Assembly: GCA_963697385.1 (NCBI GenBank)
Contig: CAVONU010000004.1
Span: 963,915-1,027,914 of the forward strand
From: an uncultured Acidimicrobiales bacterium
Lineage (GTDB): Bacteria > Actinomycetota > Acidimicrobiia > Acidimicrobiales > CAWCAL01
Length of the DNA: 64,000 bases
Direction of reading: 5' to 3'
A program made the translations under genes and the position numbers. Shown here one piece after another: positions 8,542-18,503 of this stretch. The stretch's first letter is position 1. Each line of letters begins with the position of its first letter. The notes beneath the pieces are model-generated. The model worked only from the letters and a program-made list of their open reading frames with translations. It made no database searches and was not told the DNA's origin.

Positions 8542-10520
8542 GGAGTGGCACTGTCGGGTGGTTCCGGGACCTCGTCGCCGGCCGGGCCGGGCCGCCTGTT
8601 GCCCTGATGACCCTCGGCGTGGGCGGTCCAGGTGGCGAAGGACTCGGCGTAGCGCCCGCCCCGGGCCACCAGCTCCTCGTGGGTCCCCAGCTCGGCGACA
8701 CCGCCCTCGTCGATGACGGCGATGCGGTCGGCCCGCATGGCCGTGGCCAGGCGGTGGGCGATCACGATGGCGGTTCGGCCCTCGAGCAGGACGTCCAGGG
8801 CTCGCTCGACCTTGGTCTCGCTCTTCAGGTCCAGGTTCGACGTTGCCTCGTCCAGGATCAGCACCCGGGGTCGGGCCAAGAACGCTCGTGCCAGGGCCAG
8901 GAGCTGTCGTTCGCCGGCGGAGAAGGAGGCGCCCCGTTCGTGCGCCACGGAATCGACGCCGTCGGGCAGGCGGTCGAGCAGGTCGGTCAGGCCGGTCAGC
9001 TCACACGCCTCGGCGATCTCCCCGTCGGTCGCGTCGGGCCGGGCGAAGGTGAGGTTGTCGCGGATCGTGCCGGCGAAGAGGAACGGCTCCTGGGGGACGA
9101 TGCCCAGCTGCGATCGGAGCGACGCCTTCGTGACGTCGCGCAGGTCGTGGCCGTCGACCGTGATCCGCCCGCCCTGCGGGTCGTAGAAGCGTCCGACCAG
9201 CTTGGCCATCGTGCTCTTGCCGGCGCCGGTGGGTCCCACGAAGGCGAAGACCTCGCCCGGGGCGATCCGCAGCTCGGCGTCGGTGATGACCGGACGGTCG
9301 GGGTCGTAGCCGAAGGACACGTGCTCGAAGGCGATCTCGCCGCGCAGTTCGGGCAGCGCGACCGCATCGGCCCGCTCGACCACCGAGGGCACCTCGCCCA
9401 GCAGGCCGCGCAGCTTCGTGACCGCCGCCTGGCCCTGCTGGTACTGGTTGTGGAGCTGCACGAGCTGCTGGATCGGCGCGAAGAACGCGTTGAGGAAGAG
9501 GATGAAGGCCACCAGCTCGCCCAGGGTGAGGGTGTCGTTCAACACCATCGTCCCGCCGACCGCCAGCAGGATGCCTTGAGCGACGACGCCCAGGCCCTCG
9601 ACCGTCGGCCCGTAGATGGCGCCGATGCGGGCCGTCTCGGCATTGGCGTCGAAGTGTTCGCCCACCAGGTTGTCGTGAGTGATCTGGTTGTGGCGCCGCC
9701 GGTTGGTGGCGGTGATGACGCGGATGCCGGCCAGGTTCTCGCTGAGGTCGCTGAGGACGGCCGCAATACGATCGCGGACGTTGCCGTACGCACGATCCGA
9801 CGCGGTCCGGAACCAGAGCGTCATCAGCGTGGTGAAGGGGACGACCACGAGGAGCGTGATCGCCGCCAGGACGGGGCTGTAGAGGAACAGCACGACCGTG
9901 ACGGTCACCAGCGTCAGGGCCTGGACGGCCATGCTGACCAGGCCTTCCTGGAACAGCACCGCCAGCGAGTCGATGTCGCTGGTCATCCGCGTCATGATCA
10001 CGCCGGCCTTCTCGTCGGTGTAGTAGGACAGCGACAGCCGCTGGAGGTGGGAGAACACCCTGATGCGCAGGGCCTTCATCAGCCGCTCACCCAGCCGGGC
10101 GGTGAACGAGATCCGGGCCGCTCCGACGCCCGTGTTGAGGACCACGGTGCCCAGGTACAGGCCGGCGGCGATGGCGACCGCGGAGAAGTCCCCCGGGATC
10201 ACGCCGCGGTCGATTCCCAGTTGGGTGAGGATCGGCCCCGCCTGGAGGGACAGGGTCTCGATGACGACGAGGACCAGCGCCAGGGCCAGACCGCCCCGAT
10301 AGGGGCCGAGGAAGGAACGGAGCGTGAACGGCGGTTCCTCGGAGAGCGCCTGGCGGAAGGTGATGTCGGGCTCGGGATGATCGGGCTCGCGGTCCAGGAT
10401 CGTCTCGACGCGCGTCTGGAGTTCCTCGGGCACCCCTGCGAACGGCAGTCCGGCCGCGGCGCTGGTTGCGGCGCCGGTCGGCCCCGCCATCGGCGATCCC
10501 GCCGGCGGCCCGAAGCTCAT
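8538..10520 (-). CDS. ABC exporter, fused permease/ATPase (MdlB-type)
   Basis: 6-TM exporter domain, then Walker A GPTGAGKST, signature FSAGERQ, Walker B LILDEATSNLD. Confidence 0.9.
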   Translation of the reverse strand: MSFGPPAGSPMAGPTGAATSAAAGLPFAGVPEELQTRVETILDREPDHPEPDITFRQALSEEPPFTLRSFLGPYRGGLALALVLVVIETLSLQAGPILTQLGIDRGVIPGDFSAVAIAAGLYLGTVVLNTGVGAARISFTARLGERLMKALRIRVFSHLQRLSLSYYTDEKAGVIMTRMTSDIDSLAVLFQEGLVSMAVQALTLVTVTVVLFLYSPVLAAITLLVVVPFTTLMTLWFRTASDRAYGNVRDRIAAVLSDLSENLAGIRVITATNRRRHNQITHDNLVGEHFDANAETARIGAIYGPTVEGLGVVAQGILLAVGGTMVLNDTLTLGELVAFILFLNAFFAPIQQLVQLHNQYQQGQAAVTKLRGLLGEVPSVVERADAVALPELRGEIAFEHVSFGYDPDRPVITDAELRIAPGEVFAFVGPTGAGKSTMAKLVGRFYDPQGGRITVDGHDLRDVTKASLRSQLGIVPQEPFLFAGTIRDNLTFARPDATDGEIAEACELTGLTDLLDRLPDGVDSVAHERGASFSAGERQLLALARAFLARPRVLILDEATSNLDLKSETKVERALDVLLEGRTAIVIAHRLATAMRADRIAVIDEGGVAELGTHEELVARGGRYAESFATWTAHAEGHQGNRRPGPAGDEVPEPPDSATP

Positions 10521-10525
10521 CCTCT

Positions 10526-10620
10526 GCGTTCCCCGGCCACGCAGGCCGTGCCGTCTTTGCGTTCCCCGGCCCCGCAGGCCGTGCTGTCTTTGCGTTCCCC
10601 GGCCCCGCAGGCCGTGCGCC
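10526..10620. repeat. 33-bp tandem repeat x3 (third copy partial) in the spacer between the two ABC exporter genes
   Basis: GCGTTCCCCGGCC(A/C)CGCAGGCCGTGC(C/T)GTCTTT at 10526, 10559 and 10592. Each unit holds a CGGCC-N5-GGCCG stem-loop. Confidence 0.9.
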
Positions 10621-10638
10621 TCACGACGGTGGACGCGC

Positions 10639-12369
10639 TCACACCCATGCCTCTTCCTCTTCCTCTTCGGCCTCGTCCTCTTCGACGTGGGCCAGGACGT
10701 CCACGTAGCGCGGTTCGGTCGCCATCAGCTCGGCGTGCGTCCCGGTGGCGACGGCCCGACCGCCCTCCAGGAGGACGACCCGGTCCGCCAACGCGATCGT
10801 CGACAGTCGATGAGCGATCAGGATCGTGGTCCGATCGGCCAGCATGTCGTCGAGGGCGGTGTGGATCGCCTCCTCGACCTTGACGTCGATGGCGCTCGTG
10901 GCGTCGTCGAACACCAGGATCGGCGGATTGACCAGCAGGGTCCGGGCGATGGCCAGACGCTGGCGCTGGCCACCCGACAGCGTGTAGCCCCGCTCACCGA
11001 TGACCGTGTCGTAGCCGTCCTCCAGGTCACGGATGAAGTCGTCCGCCTGAGCGGCCAGAGCCGCCGCCTCGATCTCGGCTCGGGAGGCGTCCGGACGCCC
11101 GTAGGCGATGTTGTCGGCCACCGAGACCGAGAACAGGAACGGCTCGTCCAGCACCATGCCGACGTTGTAGCGCAGACTGGGCAGGGTCAGATCCCGGACG
11201 TCGTGGCCGTCGATGATGATGGCACCCCGGGTCACGTCGTAGAAGCGGTCCAACAGCCGCGTCACCGTGGTCTTGCCCGAACCCGAGCGGCCCACCAGGG
11301 CCACGGTCTCGCCGGGGGAGATGTCCAGGTCCAGCCCGTCCAGGATCGGCTCGTGGCCGGCGTAGGCGAACCCGACGTGATCGAAGCGGACGTGCCCCTC
11401 CGGCCGATCGAGCGAGACGGCGTCCGGTCGGTCGACGATCTCGACGGGTTCGTCCAGGATCTCGTAGATGCGGTCGGCCGACGCCGCCGCCCGCTGCGCC
11501 AGCATCAGGAAGAAGCCCAGCAGTCGAAACGGGGTCTGGAGCAACAGGATGTAGGCGTTGAAGGCGACGAGTGTGCCGACCGTGAGCTGCCCATCGATGA
11601 CGAGCCATCCCCCGTACAGCAGCACCAGCGCCAGGCCCACCCGCGGCAGGTTCTCCATCACCGGGGCGTATCGGGCCCGGGCCTTTGCGGTCTCGACCGT
11701 GCTCCATCGCAGCTTCTCGGCCGCTCGGGCCAGGGTCGAGATCTGCCGTTCCTCGGCGGCGAACGACTTCACCACCCGCACGCCGCTGACGTTCTCGTCG
11801 ACGATGGTGGCGACGTCGGCCATCCGTGCCTGGGTGATCCACGACAGCGGGAACACCTCGTTGCGCAACTTCACGCCGACGACGTAGACGATCGGCAGCG
11901 TGGCCACGGCGACGATCGTGAGCCCGACGTCGATGCTCAGCATGTAGATCAGCGCAACGGCGAAGCTCAGGATGCTCAGGGCCATCAGGGGAGCGAACGC
12001 GAGGATCATCTGCACCGACCGGATGTCGGAGTTGGCGCGCGAGATCAGCTGACCGGACTGGACGCGGTCGTAGAACGAGAACGACAGCCGCGACATGTGA
12101 CCGAACAGGATGGAGCGGAGATCGGCCTCGATGTGGTACGCCAGCCGGAACAGGCCGTTGCGGTAGAAGAACGACAGGATCGCCCGGGTCAGGCCCAGTC
12201 CGACCAGCATCCACACGTAGGGCGCCAACGCATCGGTCTGGGCCTCGAGGGCCTTGTCGATGGCGGCCCGGACCACGGCGGGCGCCACGACCGAGGTTCC
12301 CATCGCCACGAGCGCCGCCAGGATCGAGAACAGCGCCAACCACGGGCGAGCCAGCGCGACCGGCAGCAC
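10639..12369 (-). CDS. ABC exporter, fused permease/ATPase (MdlA-type partner)
   Basis: Walker A GRSGSGKTT, signature LSGGQRQR, Walker B LVFDDATSAID. The ORF extends to 13383, but the upstream part is antisense to the CNNM gene. GTG 12369 (VLPVALARPWLALFSIL) is the first plausible start, and it is uncertain. Confidence 0.8.
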   Translation of the reverse strand: MLPVALARPWLALFSILAALVAMGTSVVAPAVVRAAIDKALEAQTDALAPYVWMLVGLGLTRAILSFFYRNGLFRLAYHIEADLRSILFGHMSRLSFSFYDRVQSGQLISRANSDIRSVQMILAFAPLMALSILSFAVALIYMLSIDVGLTIVAVATLPIVYVVGVKLRNEVFPLSWITQARMADVATIVDENVSGVRVVKSFAAEERQISTLARAAEKLRWSTVETAKARARYAPVMENLPRVGLALVLLYGGWLVIDGQLTVGTLVAFNAYILLLQTPFRLLGFFLMLAQRAAASADRIYEILDEPVEIVDRPDAVSLDRPEGHVRFDHVGFAYAGHEPILDGLDLDISPGETVALVGRSGSGKTTVTRLLDRFYDVTRGAIIIDGHDVRDLTLPSLRYNVGMVLDEPFLFSVSVADNIAYGRPDASRAEIEAAALAAQADDFIRDLEDGYDTVIGERGYTLSGGQRQRLAIARTLLVNPPILVFDDATSAIDVKVEEAIHTALDDMLADRTTILIAHRLSTIALADRVVLLEGGRAVATGTHAELMATEPRYVDVLAHVEEDEAEEEEEEAWV

Positions 12370-12615
12370 CCGGCGGATCCAGCCCTTGCTCGTGTCGGCG
12401 TCGATCGTGCGGCGCGGGGGCGGATACTCACGACCGACCGCGACCGGCTCGAAGCGGTGGGCCGGGGATTCTCGGGGGTGGGTGGGGGAGTCGGTCGTGA
12501 TGGCAAGAGGTTGGCAGCGGTCGGATCGTTCCGGCGAATACCGTCCGGCCGGGGCTACGATCGGATGGTCCGTCTCAGCCCCCGGTAGGTCTCCATCGGT
12601 ACTGCCCTCGGCCTC

Positions 12616-13911
12616 TTGGCCGTTCTCCTGCTCGTCGGGCTGAACGCGTTCTTCGTCGCCAGCGAGTTCGCGCTCGTCGCCGTCGACCGGGGTCGGGTCG
12701 AGCAGCGGGCCCGGGCCGGGAACCGCACGGCCCGGGTGGTCAGCTCGTTGCTCAAGGAGCTCTCGTTCCACCTCTCGGGCGCCCAGCTGGGGATCTCCCT
12801 GTCCTCGCTGGTCCTGGGTTTCGTGGCCGGACCGGCGGTCGCCGGGCTGCTCGAAGCACCCCTGGACGCGCTCGGACTGAGCGGCACCGGCCTCTCGGTG
12901 GCCCTGGCGCTCGTGCTCGCCACCGGGTTCCAGATGGTGCTGGGCGAGCTGGTGCCGAAGACCGTCGCCATCGCTCACCCTTTCGCCACCGGAGCGGTCC
13001 TGGCCCGTCCGACCCACTGGTTCGGGGTGGTCTTCGGGCCCCTGACGCGTGCGCTGAACGGCTTGGCCAACTGGACCGTTCGCAAGCTGGGGGTCGAGCC
13101 GGTCGAGGAGCTCGCCTCGGTGCGATCGATCGAGGACCTCGAGTTCCTCATCCGCTCGTCGGGCGAGGGTGGGGGCATCGACCTGAGCGACGTCCAGCTG
13201 CTGACCCGCTCGATCCGTTTCGCCGAGAAGGACGCGGCCGAGGTCCTCGTCCCCCGGGTCGATGTCACGGCGGTGCTGGCCGACGACACGGTGGCCGATC
13301 TGGTCGCCAGAGCGGGGGAGACGGGGTACAGCCGCTTCCCCGTGGTGGTGACGGATCTGGACGATGTCGTCGGTGTCGCCCATGTGAAGGCCGCCTACGA
13401 CGTCCCGCGAGACGCCTGGGCCCGGACCCCCGTCGAGACGATCATGTACCAGGTCCGGGCCGTACCCGAGAGCCGCGGGCTCGAGTCGCTGCTCACCGAT
13501 CTCCGCTCACGCGACGGGCAGCTCGCGGTGGTCGTCGACGAACACGGCGGGACGTCGGGCATCGTCACGCTCGAGGACGTGCTCGAGGAGATCGTCGGCG
13601 AGATCGACGACGAGCACGACCCGTTGACCGATCAGGCGCTCACGCCCGTGCGACCACCCGGGGTGCACGAGCTCGAAGGCTCGCTGCATCGGGACGAGGT
13701 CGATGAGGCCACCGGGTTCGCCTACCCCGATGGCGACTACGAGACCATCGCCGGATTCCTCCTCGATCGCCTCGGTCACATCCCCGTGGTGGGGGAGCGC
13801 GTCGAACAGGACGGGTGGATCGTCGAGGTTGCGGGCATGGATCGACTGCGGATCGCGACCGTCCGGCTGACCGAACCCAGAGTGCGTCGCAACGAGGACG
13901 ACGCGGGATGA
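12616..13911 (+). CDS. CNNM/DUF21-CBS-CorC_HlyC family protein (hemolysin-like, putative divalent cation efflux)
   Basis: NAFFVASEFALVAVDR (DUF21), CBS pair, C-terminal GFLLDRLGHIPVVGERVEQDGWIVEVAGMDRLRIATVRL. TTG 12616 is the only start-like codon after the in-frame stop at 12586. Confidence 0.8.
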   Translation: MAVLLLVGLNAFFVASEFALVAVDRGRVEQRARAGNRTARVVSSLLKELSFHLSGAQLGISLSSLVLGFVAGPAVAGLLEAPLDALGLSGTGLSVALALVLATGFQMVLGELVPKTVAIAHPFATGAVLARPTHWFGVVFGPLTRALNGLANWTVRKLGVEPVEELASVRSIEDLEFLIRSSGEGGGIDLSDVQLLTRSIRFAEKDAAEVLVPRVDVTAVLADDTVADLVARAGETGYSRFPVVVTDLDDVVGVAHVKAAYDVPRDAWARTPVETIMYQVRAVPESRGLESLLTDLRSRDGQLAVVVDEHGGTSGIVTLEDVLEEIVGEIDDEHDPLTDQALTPVRPPGVHELEGSLHRDEVDEATGFAYPDGDYETIAGFLLDRLGHIPVVGERVEQDGWIVEVAGMDRLRIATVRLTEPRVRRNEDDAG

Positions 13912-15011
13912 GTGTCGTCGCGTCATCCGGCCTGCCGGTCGCTCTCGCTCTGGTGATCGCCGTGGTGCTGCTCGCCGCCAACGCGTTCTTCGTCGCGGTC
14001 GAGTTCGCCCTCATCGCCGCGCGTCGCGGCACCCTCGAGGCGCGCGCCGCCGAGGGGAATCGTCGAGCCCGCGCCGCGCTTGCCGCCGTCCGCGACGTCA
14101 ACCTCCAGCTGGCGGGCGCCCAGCTGGGCATCACCATGGCCAGCCTGGGCCTGGGGTTCGTGGCCGAGCCTGCGATCGAGTCGTGGATCGAGCCGCTGCT
14201 CGACGGGATCGGGCTACCGCACGGGGCGGTGCCGGGCATCGCGTTGGCCATCACGCTCTTCCTGGTGACGACGCTGCACATCGTGCTGGGCGAGATGGTG
14301 CCCAAGAATCTGGCCATCGCCGGCCCTGAACGCACGCTGCTCGCACTGGCGGGCCCGTACCGGCTGTACGTCATGATCGCCCGGCCGTTGATCGCGGTGA
14401 CCAACGGCGCGGCGCGGGCCGTGCTCTGGGTCATCCGGGTCGAACCGCGGGACGAGCTCAGCGAGGTGCACACCGCTGATGAGATCGCGTCGATGGTCGG
14501 ATTGTCCCGCGACGAGGGGATCATCGAGGACTTCGCCCACTCCCTGATGGCCGGAGCACTCGATCTGGGCCGGCGCCCCGTGAGCTCGGTGATGATCCCG
14601 TACACCGAGGTCGTGACGGTGCACCGCTGGCAATCGGTCGAGGAGGTCGAGCGGGTCATCGTCACCAGTGGTCACAGCCGCCTCCCGGTCATCGGGCACT
14701 CGATCGACGACGTCGACGGGTTCCTCCACGCCAAGGACATGCTGCAGCTGCCCGAGGTGGCGCGTCAGCATCCCGTTCCGCTCTCGATCGTCCGCCGGAT
14801 GCCGGTGGTGCCGGTCGACGCCGCGCTCGAGGACGCCCTCCGCACGATGCGCCGGTCGCGGCGCCATCTGGCCGTCGTGCGGGATACCGAGGGTGCCACG
14901 GTGGGGTTGCTCTCGCTCGAGGACGTGCTCGAAGCCCTGGTCGGCGACATCCAGGACGAGTCCGATCGTCCCCGGGTCCGCCGCCTCGGCTTGGCGGCCA
15001 ACCGACCCTGA
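13908..15011 (+). CDS. CNNM/DUF21-CBS domain protein (paralog, no obvious CorC_HlyC tail)
   Basis: ATGA overlap with the upstream stop. [16 protein letters not shown], then CBS pair ([26 protein letters not shown]). Confidence 0.85.
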   Translation: MSVVASSGLPVALALVIAVVLLAANAFFVAVEFALIAARRGTLEARAAEGNRRARAALAAVRDVNLQLAGAQLGITMASLGLGFVAEPAIESWIEPLLDGIGLPHGAVPGIALAITLFLVTTLHIVLGEMVPKNLAIAGPERTLLALAGPYRLYVMIARPLIAVTNGAARAVLWVIRVEPRDELSEVHTADEIASMVGLSRDEGIIEDFAHSLMAGALDLGRRPVSSVMIPYTEVVTVHRWQSVEEVERVIVTSGHSRLPVIGHSIDDVDGFLHAKDMLQLPEVARQHPVPLSIVRRMPVVPVDAALEDALRTMRRSRRHLAVVRDTEGATVGLLSLEDVLEALVGDIQDESDRPRVRRLGLAANRP

Positions 15012-15051
15012 CAGGCGCGATCGGGCGCAGGCTCGATACCCTTACCGCCCC

Positions 15052-16185
15052 GTGGCCCGTCTCCTGCGCGTCGCCCTGTGCGCGATCGTGTTGGTGCCTC
15101 TGATGCAGGCGCCCGTTGCGGCTCAGTCAGAGCTGGAATCGGCACGCGCCCGCGCGGCCGAGGCGGTCGACGACTTCCACGAGTCCGAGGAGCGTTTGTA
15201 CGACCTCGATCAGGAGATCTCGCAGCTCGAGACCGAGGTCGCCGAGGCCGAGACCGCCCAGGCCGAGCTCAATGCGGTCGTACAGGAGCTGGCGCTGCGT
15301 CGCTACACCGGCGAGCGGCGACTCGACCTGGGGACGGTCGCCGACGCCAACGACCAGGCGGTCGCCGATGCCCTGGTGGCGGCCGTGCTCAAGACCGACA
15401 ACGACGTCCTCGACGACTTTCGCACCATGAACGAGGACCTCGCCGACGCACAGTCCGCCCTGGACGATCGGCGCGCCGAAGCCGCCGCCGTCCGGGAGGA
15501 GCTGGCCGGCCGGGTCGAGGCGCTCAACGAGGACGTCGCCCGACTCGAGGAGCTCGAACGGATCCGCCTCGAACAGGAGCGCAAGCGACGCGAGGAGGAA
15601 GCCCGCCGGAAGGCAGAGGAGGAGGCGGCCGCCGCTCGAGCCGCGGCCAATCGTGCGTCCTCCGCCGGTGCGTCGTCGTCCAGCGCATCCGGTTCGGGCT
15701 CCTCGGGCTCCTCGGGCTCGTCGGGCTCATCGGGATCGTCCGGCTCCGGAGGTTCGCCGACTCGATCCGCGGCCCCGGTCGCAGCCCCCGCCCCTTCGGG
15801 TGGCGGCTTCGTCTGTCCGGTTCCGGGATCCAGCTTCAGCGACACGTGGGGGGCGTCCCGATCGGGCGGGCGCAGCCACAAGGGCGTCGACATGATGGCG
15901 CCGTCGGGAACGCCGGTCTACGCGCCGGTCGGGGGCACGGTGAGCCACCGCTCCAATCGGCTCGGCGGGCTCTCGTTCCATCTCAACGGCGACGACGGCC
16001 ACTACTACTACGGCACCCACCTGTCGGCCTACGGCAACGGTGGACGGGTCAGCGCCGGCACGGTCGTCGGCTACGTGGGCAACAGTGGCAATGCCCGCTA
16101 CACCGCGGCCCACCTTCACTTCGAGGTGCACCCCAACCATGGCGGGCCGGTCAACCCGTACCCGTACGTGCGACCGGTCTGCTGA
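15052..16185 (+). CDS. secreted coiled-coil M23 metallopeptidase (paralog of 3562-4989)
   Basis: GTG 15052. Signal-like [26 protein letters not shown], coiled coil, Ser/Gly linker. M23 motifs HKGVDM and [21 protein letters not shown]. Confidence 0.85.
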   Translation: MARLLRVALCAIVLVPLMQAPVAAQSELESARARAAEAVDDFHESEERLYDLDQEISQLETEVAEAETAQAELNAVVQELALRRYTGERRLDLGTVADANDQAVADALVAAVLKTDNDVLDDFRTMNEDLADAQSALDDRRAEAAAVREELAGRVEALNEDVARLEELERIRLEQERKRREEEARRKAEEEAAAARAAANRASSAGASSSSASGSGSSGSSGSSGSSGSSGSGGSPTRSAAPVAAPAPSGGGFVCPVPGSSFSDTWGASRSGGRSHKGVDMMAPSGTPVYAPVGGTVSHRSNRLGGLSFHLNGDDGHYYYGTHLSAYGNGGRVSAGTVVGYVGNSGNARYTAAHLHFEVHPNHGGPVNPYPYVRPVC

Positions 16186-16192
16186 TCCGCTC

Positions 16193-17164
16193 GTGGGGAC
16201 CGCGGAACTCGCCGACCTCCTCGCCGATCGCCTGAACGCCGAGATCCGGGATCTCCGCCGGTTGTCCGGGGGTGCGTCGCGCCAGACCTGGTCCTTCGAC
16301 GCCGTCGACGACGAGGGCTCGGTGCGGGAGCTGGTCCTCCAGCAGGAACGGCCCGGCGCCCTACCGGTGGGGGGCGGTATGGCCACCGAGGTGGCCGTGG
16401 TGCAGGCGGCTGGCCGCGCCGGGGTCCCGGTCCCCACGGTGGTCGCCGACGCGACCGGCGACGGTTCGTTGGGCGCGGCCGGGATGGTGGTCGAGCGGCT
16501 GGCGGGGGAGGCCATCCCACGTCGGATCCTTCGTGACGACGCGTTCGCCGAGGCCCGGGCCGCACTCGTCGGCCAGTGCGGAGCCGCCCTGGCGGCCGTC
16601 CATCGCATCCCGCTGGACGACGTGCCGCCGCTCACCGATGTGGACCAGTTGGAGTTCTACCGAGGGGTGATGGACGCCCTCGGTGACCCGCATCCGACGC
16701 TGGAGCTGGGCTTCGCGTGGTTGGAGGAGCATCGACCGGTCTCGGGGGAGCGGGCCGTCGTGCACGGCGACTTCCGGCTGGGCAACCTGCTGGTCGGGCC
16801 GACGGGGCTGGTCGCGGCGCTCGACTGGGAGCTCGTCCATCTGGGCGACCCGATGGAGGATCTGGCCTGGTTGGCGGTGCGCGCGTGGCGATTCGGCGCG
16901 CCGAGCGCGGTGGCGGGCATGGGGACCCGCGACGAGCTGGCGACGGCCTACGAGGCGGCGGGAGGGCCGCCGGTGGACCTCGACGCCATGCGGTGGTGGG
17001 AGATCCTGGGCACCGTGAAGTGGGGCGTGATCTGCATGATGCAGACGTCGAGCCATCTCTCGGGTGCCAACCGGTCGGTCGAGTTGGCGGCCATCGGCCG
17101 GCGGACCTGTGAGGCCGAGTACGACCTCATGCTGCTCCTGCGAGAGATGGGAGTCGGGGGATGA
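16193..17164 (+). CDS. phosphotransferase family protein (APH/choline-kinase fold)
   Basis: GTG 16193 in ORF 16040-17164. HGDFRLGNLLV and DWELVHLGDPMEDLAW catalytic-loop motifs. Confidence 0.8.
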   Translation: MGTAELADLLADRLNAEIRDLRRLSGGASRQTWSFDAVDDEGSVRELVLQQERPGALPVGGGMATEVAVVQAAGRAGVPVPTVVADATGDGSLGAAGMVVERLAGEAIPRRILRDDAFAEARAALVGQCGAALAAVHRIPLDDVPPLTDVDQLEFYRGVMDALGDPHPTLELGFAWLEEHRPVSGERAVVHGDFRLGNLLVGPTGLVAALDWELVHLGDPMEDLAWLAVRAWRFGAPSAVAGMGTRDELATAYEAAGGPPVDLDAMRWWEILGTVKWGVICMMQTSSHLSGANRSVELAAIGRRTCEAEYDLMLLLREMGVGG

Positions 17165-17520
17165 CCGAACCGCACGATGCGCCCAGCGCCGTTCAGCTGG
17201 TCGAGGCGGTGCGCGAGTTCCTGGAACACGACGTCCGTGACGCAACCGATGGCCGGGTCCGGTTCCACGCCCGGGTCGCGGCCAACGTGCTGGCGATGGT
17301 CGGGCGCGAGCTGGCGGAAGGCGACGAGCAGCGCTCGCAGCATCACGACCGGCTGGCCTCGCTGGGCGTGGGCGACGACGCCGAGCTTGCAGCCGCCATC
17401 CGGTCGGGTGCCATCGACGTCGAGTCGGCCGCGCTGGTCGACGCCCTGTGGCTGGCGACCCTGGCCAAGGTGCGCGTCGCCAACCCCGACTACCTCGAGC
17501 CCGCCGACCGCCTCGAGTGA
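17161..17520 (+). CDS. DUF6285-like small protein commonly paired with the APH-like kinase
   Basis: 4-bp overlap with the upstream gene. PSAVQLVEAVREFLEHDV...RFHARVAANVLAMVGRELA pattern. Confidence 0.6.
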   Translation: MTEPHDAPSAVQLVEAVREFLEHDVRDATDGRVRFHARVAANVLAMVGRELAEGDEQRSQHHDRLASLGVGDDAELAAAIRSGAIDVESAALVDALWLATLAKVRVANPDYLEPADRLE

Positions 17521-17542
17521 TGTCCCGCCGGCCGCCCCACAC

Positions 17543-17595
17543 CCGAAATTCCGTCCGAACGCGTCGGAAACCGACGCGAATGGACGGAATTTCGG
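17543..17595. terminator. nested perfect hairpin between convergent genes (bidirectional terminator candidate)
   Basis: CCGAAATTCCGTCC (17543-17556) pairs with GGACGGAATTTCGG (17582-17595). Inner stem CGCGTCGG-AAA-CCGACGCG. No U-tract. Confidence 0.6.
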
Positions 17596-17616
17596 TCGGG
17601 TCGGTCGGGTCGGGGG

Positions 17617-18384
17617 TCAGGCGCCGATGGCGTGGTAGCCGCCGTCCACGTGGACCATCGAGCCGGTGGTCATGGGGAACCAGTCCGACAGCAGCGCGAC
17701 GCACGCCTTGGCCACCGCCGACGAGTCGGTGACGTCCCAGCCCAACGGGGCCCGCTCGCCCCAGGCGTCCTCGAACTGGGCGAACCCGGGGATCGACTTG
17801 GCCGCCATCGTCTTCACCGGCCCGGCGGCGACGAGGTTGCAGCGGATCTGCCGAGGACCCAGCTCGCGGGCCAGATAGCGGTTGGTCGACTCCAGCGCCG
17901 CCTTGGCCACACCCATCCAGTCGTACGCCGGCCACGCCACGGTGGCGTCGAAGTCCAGACCGACCAGCGACCCACCGTCGGTCATCAACGGCGCGGTCAG
18001 CTCGGCCAGCGTCTTCAGCGAGTACGCCGAGATCTCCAGCGCCACCGACACGTCGGACCAGCCGGCGTCGAGGAATCCGCCGCCCAGGCAGGCCTCGGGG
18101 GCGAACCCGATGGCGTGCAGCGCTCCGTCCACGCCTCCCCACGAGTCGGCGAGGTGGTCGCGGACCGATGCCACGTGCTCGGGCTCGGTGACGTCCAGCT
18201 CCAGCACCTCGGGTTCGGTGGGGAGCTTGCGGGCGGTGCGTTGCGTCAACCGGAGGCCGCGGCCCGCTCCGGTAAGGACGATCTCGGCGCCCTCCACCTG
18301 AGCCAGCTTCGCGACCCCGAAGGCCAGTGAGGCGTCGGTCAGCACGCCCGTGATCAAGATGCGCTTGCCGTCCAGCAGTCCCAT
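17617..18384 (-). CDS. fabI: enoyl-[acyl-carrier-protein] reductase (NADH), InhA/FabI type
   Basis: MGLLDGKRILITGV..., PAYDWMGVAKAALESTNRYLARELG (compare InhA [25 protein letters not shown]), NLVAAGPVKTMAA. Confidence 0.9.
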   Translation of the reverse strand: MGLLDGKRILITGVLTDASLAFGVAKLAQVEGAEIVLTGAGRGLRLTQRTARKLPTEPEVLELDVTEPEHVASVRDHLADSWGGVDGALHAIGFAPEACLGGGFLDAGWSDVSVALEISAYSLKTLAELTAPLMTDGGSLVGLDFDATVAWPAYDWMGVAKAALESTNRYLARELGPRQIRCNLVAAGPVKTMAAKSIPGFAQFEDAWGERAPLGWDVTDSSAVAKACVALLSDWFPMTTGSMVHVDGGYHAIGA

Positions 18385-18503
18385 GTCCAGCTCCCGAGGT
18401 CGTCGATGCAGCGTGGCAGACCCGCACCGCCTGGGTGACGTTACGCAGCCGCCGGTGCCCGTGCGGCTGGGAAGCGTCGCGAGCGGGTCGGTACGGTAGC
18501 CCT

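Noticed and set aside
10526-10620. The tandem repeats (here and at 35013-35199) as CRISPR arrays.
   Set aside because: The repeats are contiguous with no unique spacers. There are only 2-3 units, and no cas genes are in the window.
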